Shown: positions 57,968-64,000 of the stretch, piece after piece
Numbering within the stretch: position 1 is the stretch's first letter
How the letters are laid out: each line of letters begins with the position of its first letter
Virus record (IMG/VR): IMGVR_UViG_3300020595_003017
Span: 32,001 to 96,000 of that record
Length of the DNA stretch: 64,000 nucleotides
DNA from: a virus
Direction: 5' to 3' (one strand)
Program-made: the position numbers and the translations under genes
The notes under the pieces: generated by a model
The model's input: only the letters and a program-made list of their open reading frames with translations
The model's database searches: none
What the model was told of the DNA's origin: nothing

Positions 57968-58220
57968 CTTTAAAACCAACATACCAGAGATCGACGCAGA
58001 AAACGACATCTTGTTTAAAGCAGCAGCTTTTCTACAGATGTGTGGTAATGATCCAGGGCTAACAATGTCAGATTTCTACTCAGTGCTGCTAGCGGAAGAT
58101 TCAAGTCTTTCAAAGGAGGAGTGCGGCAGACTAACCTCGGCAGCAGTTGCCCTTGAGACTATGATGCAGTCAGGGTTTGAAATGGAAGAAGAGCAGTTTG
58201 GAGACCTCACTACTCACTAG
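57960..58220 (+). CDS. hypothetical protein
   Basis: AAGGAG RBS. Confidence 0.55.
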   Translation: MINFKTNIPEIDAENDILFKAAAFLQMCGNDPGLTMSDFYSVLLAEDSSLSKEECGRLTSAAVALETMMQSGFEMEEEQFGDLTTH

Positions 58221-58429
58221 TGCTTAGCATTGGCGACCTAGTAATAGTCAACGATATTTGCGCATTGAGCAGTTATCGTGGTGAACTAGCCATAGTGATC
58301 AAGCATATGGGCCAGGATCCTATAGACCTTGACGGCGGTTACTACTTTAAGATACAGTTCTCAGACGGCAGGCAGGAAATACTAACAAACAAAGAATTAT
58401 CACTATTGTCAAAGGCAGAAAGAAAATAA
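58220..58429 (+). CDS. SH3/KOW-like microprotein
   Basis: LSIGDLVIV...LAIVI...KIQF...LSLLS. Confidence 0.7.
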   Translation: MLSIGDLVIVNDICALSSYRGELAIVIKHMGQDPIDLDGGYYFKIQFSDGRQEILTNKELSLLSKAERK

Positions 58430-58430
58430 T

Positions 58431-58631
58431 ATGAAAATCGGAGATCTAGTGCAGTTCACCTACGGAAGAGTAGGAGGACAAATAGAACGTATAGGCATCT
58501 TTGCGGAGCGTGGTTATTACGGCATCCATAAAGTCATTTGTGAGAACAGAATATACTGGGTACCGGAAGACTGCATTAAACTAATTTCTATGAAACGAAA
58601 GGGCGATGTAAATGATTTCAACATCAACTAA
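58431..58631 (+). CDS. SH3/KOW-like microprotein
   Basis: MKIGDLVQF...IGIF...IKLIS. Confidence 0.7.
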   Translation: MKIGDLVQFTYGRVGGQIERIGIFAERGYYGIHKVICENRIYWVPEDCIKLISMKRKGDVNDFNIN

Positions 58632-58797
58632 GAAGAAGACTAAGGAAGACAGATTGCGGGAACAAGTGTTACACCTTTCTGTAGACTTGGAGTATGCAGG
58701 TAGGCAAGGGGATTCAGCATATTCAGCACGGGTAAACAAAAAGCTCAACAAGTTGTATAATAAGTTGGATAAATTACATAATGTTTCAGAAGGGTGA
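58612..58797 (+). CDS. small basic helical protein
   Basis: Overlaps both neighbours. Confidence 0.5.
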   Translation: MISTSTKKKTKEDRLREQVLHLSVDLEYAGRQGDSAYSARVNKKLNKLYNKLDKLHNVSEG

Positions 58798-58981
58798 CTT
58801 CATCGTTGAGTACCAGCGGGTCGATCGCACGGGCGGAATTAACTTTGGTGTAGTGATGGGCGCAGAGAAAGGCTTTCAGGATATGATCGTACTTGATGTA
58901 GTATTCCCCACGGAAAGATTATATACTTTTGCCAGCCACTGCCAGCCATATAAGGATTGGTTAAATGAAAACGGGTTTTAA
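58781..58981 (+). CDS. SH3/KOW-like microprotein
   Basis: MFQKGDFIVE...FGVVM...DVVF. Confidence 0.65.
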   Translation: MFQKGDFIVEYQRVDRTGGINFGVVMGAEKGFQDMIVLDVVFPTERLYTFASHCQPYKDWLNENGF

Positions 58982-59195
58982 AGCCGGCGACCTTGTTAAG
59001 GTCAAGGACGATTCATGGTGGTTACAAAGGTCTCAAACCTTCCGAGCCATGATAGCGCCTGGCAGCCTTGTATTGGTTACGGATAATATTGTAGGCAGTA
59101 AACGGTTCTTTTATGGCCTTGTCTGCGGTAGTGACGGCGAAGCACACTTGTGGAGTTGTGATCAATTTGATTTGGTTCAAAGCGCCGGACAGTAA
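58965..59195 (+). CDS. SH3/KOW-like microprotein
   Basis: FKAGDLVKV...FDLV. Confidence 0.7.
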   Translation: MKTGFKAGDLVKVKDDSWWLQRSQTFRAMIAPGSLVLVTDNIVGSKRFFYGLVCGSDGEAHLWSCDQFDLVQSAGQ

Positions 59196-59340
59196 AAAAA
59201 TTTCTAGAAAAAATTTCGGAGTTTTATAATGGTTATAGCTGCTCTTATCTTAGGATGGCTTATGATCGGGGTCGCTTCTGCCTTTATTGTGGCGGCTGCC
59301 TTCTTTGACATTAAAGAAAAAAATTTGGAGGAAAACGACC

Positions 59341-59688
59341 ATGATCTATAAGTCATTGTTTTTGCTTGTATTTGCTAATTTGTTTAATCAAGCGTACCAA
59401 CTAGAAAATATATCTTGCCCTAAATGGGTGCCTGGTACTAATGAAATCTTGCCGGCAGGGGTAACCCTATCTCCGGAATTGGAATTAAAAAACCGGGTAC
59501 GCTGTTATTGCGAGGTTGTCAAAGCAAAAGAACAAGAATGTGCTACCATGAGAATTCCATGGAACATCTGCAAGGCTAGGACAGCAGCATGGGTCGAAGA
59601 TAATTTGATGCTACGAGAAAATTTTAGGCGAGCGCAAGCGCCGGCTCCTCTACCACAACGTGATAGGATGATCAACATTGAACCGTAG
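59341..59688 (+). CDS. putative secreted Cys-rich protein
   Basis: Hydrophobic leader MIYKSLFLLVFANLF; 5 Cys; GGAGG RBS. Confidence 0.55.
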   Translation: MIYKSLFLLVFANLFNQAYQLENISCPKWVPGTNEILPAGVTLSPELELKNRVRCYCEVVKAKEQECATMRIPWNICKARTAAWVEDNLMLRENFRRAQAPAPLPQRDRMINIEP

Positions 59689-60079
59689 GGGTATGACTCT
59701 TATCTTAGTTTTGATGATGAGTGCATTCATTGGCATGAGTGCAATGTTATTATTTTCTACCACGAATATGGAAACTATGATCGCCGGCAACATTCGGCGC
59801 ATCAACCAAGCAAAAATTTCGGCGACGAGCGGGCTGAATCATTTCACCGCTCTTGACTTGGATTACAACACACTTAGAGAGCGGGCTGGCGGTCTGCAAA
59901 CTTTGCAGGTCTTGTCCGATGTCCGCTTGTCCACTTTCACGTCTTACGAGGTAAAAGTTCATTTTTCTCCGTCTCTAAGTGCGGGGCAATATTTGGTCGA
60001 GAGCATTGGATACTATACCAAGGGTGATAAGATTCTAGCCATCCATCCTATAAAAGCTCTTTTTGAGGGTGGCCAATAA
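59678..60079 (+). CDS. PilX/GspK-like minor type IV pilin
   Basis: NRRG|MTLILVLMMSAFIGMSAMLLFSTTNMETMIAGNIRRINQAKISATSGL: class III signal, no Glu5, PilX-type N..A...A.SG pattern. Confidence 0.7.
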   Translation: MNRRGMTLILVLMMSAFIGMSAMLLFSTTNMETMIAGNIRRINQAKISATSGLNHFTALDLDYNTLRERAGGLQTLQVLSDVRLSTFTSYEVKVHFSPSLSAGQYLVESIGYYTKGDKILAIHPIKALFEGGQ

Positions 60080-60118
60080 AAATACTAAACTACTTAGTGT
60101 TACAACGGAGGTTTCAAT

Positions 60119-60250
60119 ATGATTACTAAAACTGGTTTTTGGAAGACAATTAAAAAAGGTCTCATAGAAGCTGAGAGATCTAAGAAGTTGACAAAACAAA
60201 TTATGAAAATTATTAAGGATGTCCCGCAAAATGAAAATAGAGGAACTTAG
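60119..60250 (+). CDS. 43-aa basic protein (not in ORF track)
   Basis: MITKTGFWKTIKKGLIEAERSKKLTKQIMKIIKDVPQNENRGT; GGAGG RBS; ACTACTTA upstream. Confidence 0.5.
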   Translation: MITKTGFWKTIKKGLIEAERSKKLTKQIMKIIKDVPQNENRGT

Positions 60251-60434
60251 AAATTTAGTTCGGGACGTAATCCAGGAAACACTTGCTGATGGCGTATTTC
60301 AATCTCGTGCTAGAAAATCATATTCTAAAATGATAAAGCTAGCAGGATCTGGTGGGAATAAAAATACACCTCCGTTTGATGAAAAAGCAAAGTCAAAAAA
60401 CATGAAATCCGCACCTCCAACATCTGGAGAATAA
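60231..60434 (+). CDS. small putative head-associated protein
   Basis: MKIEELRNLVRDVIQE N-terminus. Confidence 0.5.
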   Translation: MKIEELRNLVRDVIQETLADGVFQSRARKSYSKMIKLAGSGGNKNTPPFDEKAKSKNMKSAPPTSGE

Positions 60435-60435
60435 A

Positions 60436-61257
60436 ATGCACCAAGCTAGGCAATGGTATAATTTTATAAACGAAGAAGTCAAGAAGATTTATGTCCATGG
60501 CTATATTAAGCCAGAGAAATCATTCCATACCTTATCTGAGTGGAGAGTATTTGTAGATAAGATTCTACAGTATCAAAAAGATGGGTACTATGTTAGTCAT
60601 GGTCACGGCGAATTGGTTGGTCCGGACGAACTAACATCTTTAATAAAAGATTTTTATGGTTTCCAATTAACTGTTGATGTGGACAGGTATGATCTTTTAA
60701 CTTCCAAGAATGTTATGGACCACATCGAGGATTTTGTAAATCACAGATACTGGTCACTAGAAAATGAGTTTAGTCAATACTTCACTGACATAGATAATTT
60801 AAAGTTTGCTTACTTTTATTCTCGTGGCGATTTAGAGCCTTACGTTTTGGTAGACGATGCGTTTACTGAGCAGGTCTATGGCTCAACAAATAATCCAAAA
60901 GTATTATACCATTATACTCACCCAGAAGGTATAGAGAGAATAAAGAGAGCTATTGAGGGCGGAGACCCTTTTGATATTTCCGCCTACACTGTGGCCAAGC
61001 GTGACTTCTTCCGAGCTAAGTCTAATATGATAATGGAGTTCGAAGGGAATGTAAGGGCAGGATTCCGAAGTGATGTCAAATCATACTCAGTTAGTAATGG
61101 CAGGAAATGTGTTAATCTTCACCGAATGGGTTATCCTGGAGACAAAGATAATTTATGTACAGACCTAGTTAATGATTGTAACGGTGAACTAAAGACGAGT
61201 CTTTGGAACGAGTTTATAGTTACTCCTATTCGTATTCTGGATGTGTCTAAAAAATGA
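60436..61257 (+). CDS. putative ADP-ribosyltransferase-fold protein with a capsid-targeting-like N-terminus
   Basis: VLYHYT / DISAYT / WNEFIV; N-terminus MHQARQWYNFINE. Confidence 0.45.
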   Translation: MHQARQWYNFINEEVKKIYVHGYIKPEKSFHTLSEWRVFVDKILQYQKDGYYVSHGHGELVGPDELTSLIKDFYGFQLTVDVDRYDLLTSKNVMDHIEDFVNHRYWSLENEFSQYFTDIDNLKFAYFYSRGDLEPYVLVDDAFTEQVYGSTNNPKVLYHYTHPEGIERIKRAIEGGDPFDISAYTVAKRDFFRAKSNMIMEFEGNVRAGFRSDVKSYSVSNGRKCVNLHRMGYPGDKDNLCTDLVNDCNGELKTSLWNEFIVTPIRILDVSKK

Positions 61258-62363
61258 AATTACTAATGGAACAATGGCGCAAGTTCCTAAAAGAAGGCAT
61301 CAGCGATGTCGTCTATCACTACACTAACGGACTTGAAAGGGGTGCCAAGATTCTAGAGCAGAATAGGTTTATGGCTTCTGGTGGATTTACCAAAGACGTT
61401 GAGTCTGAATTAGGTAAAGGGAAACTTTATTATTTTTCTACCGCAAGAACCCCAGCCAATGCTTACACGGGAAATTATCCACAGGGTGTTATCTTCAAAT
61501 TAGATGGTCGTGCTTTGGGACAGAAATATAAAGGAGTTCCGCTAGACTATTGGGCAACAAAGAAACGCTCTTCCAAGAAAGCAGCCAACCCTGACCCTGG
61601 CGAGACAGAAGGGTTTGAGGCAGAAGACAGGATACTTTTAGATGAACCCTACATTGAGGATGCTGACAGGTACATAGACGAAATCCATTTTGCTATTCCT
61701 TTGTATCGGTTTGAAAAGGGAATGTTTGATGATGAACCAAAAAGAAAAGCCGGCAGCGCCATAGAAGCCTACCAAATGAAAGGACTTAGAGATGGCGTCG
61801 CCATAGCGGAACAAAGAAACATCCCTTATTATATTCATATTGATAAACAAACTTTCCCCTTTGTTGAGGTTGGTAAAAAGAAAGCACTTACTAGCTTGGC
61901 TGCGTTTATGGAAGAAGTAGAAAAGTCTGGTGTCACAGTCAACGAGCCTCGTGACCAAGCATCGGTATATAAGAGTAGAAGCGGAGCAGAGTTTGGCGAA
62001 GATGAAGTGTTTCTGTATGTTCAGGCTGCCCAAGATATCCTAGCCGGTAAAGAGCGATTTGAAGGAGCCAGCGTGAAGGATAAAGTTGGATATAGAGACG
62101 AAGCTGAACGTAAGAGAGAAGGTACCGTAATGTTCCGAAATCTTACGGGCTCCCCTAATATGTATGGTCGCTTTTACAGGGAAATTGATAACAGTCTCCA
62201 TAATGTAAGTTCTAATCCCAAAGCTCGTAAGACTTTGGAGATGCTCGCCTCACTTATGCGGAGCACAAAACAAAAGACCCTAAAAGATTTTGAAAACTAT
62301 TTAAATCAGGTCTATAAACAAAATCATCCGGACGGCGACCCGACAGGTTATCGAAATACATAA
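61254..62363 (+). CDS. putative ADP-ribosyltransferase-fold protein with a capsid-targeting-like N-terminus
   Basis: VVYHYT / YYFSTAR / VIFKLD / FEAEDRI (ExE); N-terminus MKLLMEQWRKFLKE. Confidence 0.55.
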   Translation: MKLLMEQWRKFLKEGISDVVYHYTNGLERGAKILEQNRFMASGGFTKDVESELGKGKLYYFSTARTPANAYTGNYPQGVIFKLDGRALGQKYKGVPLDYWATKKRSSKKAANPDPGETEGFEAEDRILLDEPYIEDADRYIDEIHFAIPLYRFEKGMFDDEPKRKAGSAIEAYQMKGLRDGVAIAEQRNIPYYIHIDKQTFPFVEVGKKKALTSLAAFMEEVEKSGVTVNEPRDQASVYKSRSGAEFGEDEVFLYVQAAQDILAGKERFEGASVKDKVGYRDEAERKREGTVMFRNLTGSPNMYGRFYREIDNSLHNVSSNPKARKTLEMLASLMRSTKQKTLKDFENYLNQVYKQNHPDGDPTGYRNT

Positions 62364-63514
62364 TGAAAAAAAAGAAGCAAGATATTATCCTAGAAGACCT
62401 TGGCGATTATAATCCCATAGAGATACTTCGAACTGCCGGAAAGTATTATGTAGACCTGGCAAAAAGTCCTAACCCAAGAGAGCAATTCAGAAAAGATTTA
62501 AAAGACGCTGGGGTTGATGATTATCTACAAGGAGCGTCCGCCATACCTTTTATCGGTATGCCTTTTGGGCTAGCTTCAATCGGTTTAAACCTTGGGGCCG
62601 GGAATACACAACAAGCACTCATACAGGCAATAATAACAGTCAGCGCAACGCTTGGAGTCTCCGCAGCCGGCAAAGGGTTTCAAGCCGCAGCATCAAATCC
62701 TAGAGTTGCTCAGGGAGTTGCGAGAATAATACAAAGTGTGGCAGATAGGATGGGAAGACTGCCAGCCATAGGTCCTAGAATTGTCACTGCTGTTGAAGCG
62801 ATGAGCGGACAGCTTAAAAATCTTATGGGTGAGTTAGCAGAGGTTGTGACAGAAAAAGAAATTGAAAAAGCAGAGAATGAATCAAATAGGATCAAAGGGG
62901 CTTTAGATAAGCTCGCTGCCAGCCAGCCTGCTAAGAAGATTAAGAAGTCTACTGCGGCAAACAGAAAAGATGTTACGGAAATGAGAGAACTACTTAGAAA
63001 AAGGCGGATGCAGGAGAACTCCCAAGTGAAAATTACAAAAGACTACTTGCGAACAATTATCAAAGAGGAAATTGAAAATAAACTCCTCGTAGAGGATTTA
63101 GATCCAATGGCTGTCGCCCAACGTATTTCTTTAGCTATTGCCGGCGCTAAACTTGGTGCTGACCTTCGGAAACCTTTAGCGCAGACTGGTGTTGACATTG
63201 CTGCCATGCATAGCGCAGCGTTTAAGGGAGATGACCCCGTAAAAGAAAGGCTAAAAAAATTAGTAGCTATTAGCTCAGATGAAGAAGTACAAAAAGCTCA
63301 CGATGCCTTATATAAAATGGCAACTGGCGAAGATGAGGCAACTAAAAAATATGCTAAACAGATTAGAAGCAACATGCCAGTCTTTTCAGAGGATGGCTCT
63401 CTTGCCAGTCGGCTGTCAGTGTCAGGAGGAAAGGGAGGAAGAGGGATGAGCCGAGTTAGATCCCCCCAAGACTTAATTAAATGGTACGCATCCACAATGG
63501 GAGATAAAGAATAA
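62363..63514 (+). CDS. putative virion protein with a Gly/Ala hydrophobic segment and an internal restart
   Basis: In-frame GTG at 63026 with a CAGGAG RBS begins a KITKDYLRTIIKEE motif. Confidence 0.55.
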   Translation: MKKKKQDIILEDLGDYNPIEILRTAGKYYVDLAKSPNPREQFRKDLKDAGVDDYLQGASAIPFIGMPFGLASIGLNLGAGNTQQALIQAIITVSATLGVSAAGKGFQAAASNPRVAQGVARIIQSVADRMGRLPAIGPRIVTAVEAMSGQLKNLMGELAEVVTEKEIEKAENESNRIKGALDKLAASQPAKKIKKSTAANRKDVTEMRELLRKRRMQENSQVKITKDYLRTIIKEEIENKLLVEDLDPMAVAQRISLAIAGAKLGADLRKPLAQTGVDIAAMHSAAFKGDDPVKERLKKLVAISSDEEVQKAHDALYKMATGEDEATKKYAKQIRSNMPVFSEDGSLASRLSVSGGKGGRGMSRVRSPQDLIKWYASTMGDKE

Positions 63515-63515
63515 A

Positions 63516-63809
63516 ATGAAAATTACAAAATCCTTACTGAGAACAATTATCAAAGAAGAAATTGAAGAGGCTTTTCGCCTAGAAAGCGATTTCAGCGTCG
63601 GCGATGTTGTAAAGTGGTCCACCCTAGAAAAAGTAATGAAAACAACTGCCAGCGGCAGACAAAAAGTTGACTACGATAGGGTACCTAGATCAGGTGAGAT
63701 TGTAGAGCTTTATCGCAGTCCCAGAGGGGGCACACCAGGGTCTGCCAAAATACTTGACACTGATGGCGATTCGCACGAAGTAGAAATTTCAGAACTGACA
63801 TTCGCTTAA
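63516..63809 (+). CDS. small putative head-associated protein with an SH3-like C-terminal part
   Basis: MKITKSLLRTIIKEEIEE; FSVGDVVKW. Confidence 0.55.
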   Translation: MKITKSLLRTIIKEEIEEAFRLESDFSVGDVVKWSTLEKVMKTTASGRQKVDYDRVPRSGEIVELYRSPRGGTPGSAKILDTDGDSHEVEISELTFA

Positions 63810-63846
63810 GTTGCATATCGAGCCTATTTACTATAGGTCATAAGAT

Positions 63847-64000
63847 ATGAGTGTATTTAGAGAACATAAAACTATAGCAGATCGAGCGGCTAGTGATAGA
63901 AGCCGCCATCGTCAAAAAATAGAAAAAGCCATCAAAGAAAGCGTCAGAGATGTCGTTGCCGAAGAAAGTATAATTGGCCAAAACGGTAATAAGAAAATAA
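63847..64000 (+). CDS. 5' end of a YeaH/YhbH (DUF444) family protein, truncated by the window edge
   Basis: MSVFREHKTIADRAASDRSRHRQKIEKAIKESVRDVVAEESIIGQNGNKKI matches the DUF444 N-terminal pattern DR..RHR..I...I....I.EESII. Confidence 0.8.
   Translation, partial: MSVFREHKTIADRAASDRSRHRQKIEKAIKESVRDVVAEESIIGQNGNKKI

Overview
This 64 kb window is part of a large (jumbo/huge) tailed phage genome, not a bacterial chromosome. Every credible gene lies on the + strand. Order of content: (1) 1-7 kb, baseplate/tail-type genes. (2) 7-23.5 kb, a replication and nucleotide block: a minimal PolA-family polymerase, a divergent tubulin/FtsZ-like protein, T4 gp32-like SSB, RecA, 5'-3' exonuclease, gp41/DnaB-like helicase, class II RNR, GroES-like, MetK, DnaE and dUTPase. 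(3) 23.6-27.7 kb, a dense array of tiny SH3/KOW-like 'MKxGDLV' genes. (4) 27-43.5 kb, mixed genes: pyrimidine-dimer glycosylase, IMPDH, sigma region-4 protein, acidic head-type proteins, zeta-like kinase, YkuD-like wall enzyme, nuclease + Dam-type methylase, GroEL, glutaredoxin, ClpP, SLT. (5) 43.5-60 kb, accessory genes: zinc-knuckle, ParB-like, FKBP, nuclease, an origin-like non-coding tract, MoxR/VWA pair, a second SH3 cluster and a PilX-like pilin. (6) 60-64 kb, putative head-packaged proteins and the start of a YeaH/YhbH gene. Best leads: (a) the SH3 microgene array, whose conserved ~33-nt overlapping junctions could act as cassette-shuffling sites; (b) a 5'-3' long-range helix plus H-type pseudoknot enclosing the SSB mRNA, echoed by a leader/trailer helix around the MoxR gene; (c) T4-like capsid-targeting N-termini on ADP-ribosyltransferase-fold and kinase cargoes; (d) seven near-identical early promoter-RBS cassettes. 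No tRNA, CRISPR array, IS element, intron or intein was seen. All protein calls come from motif recognition by eye; no database search was run.
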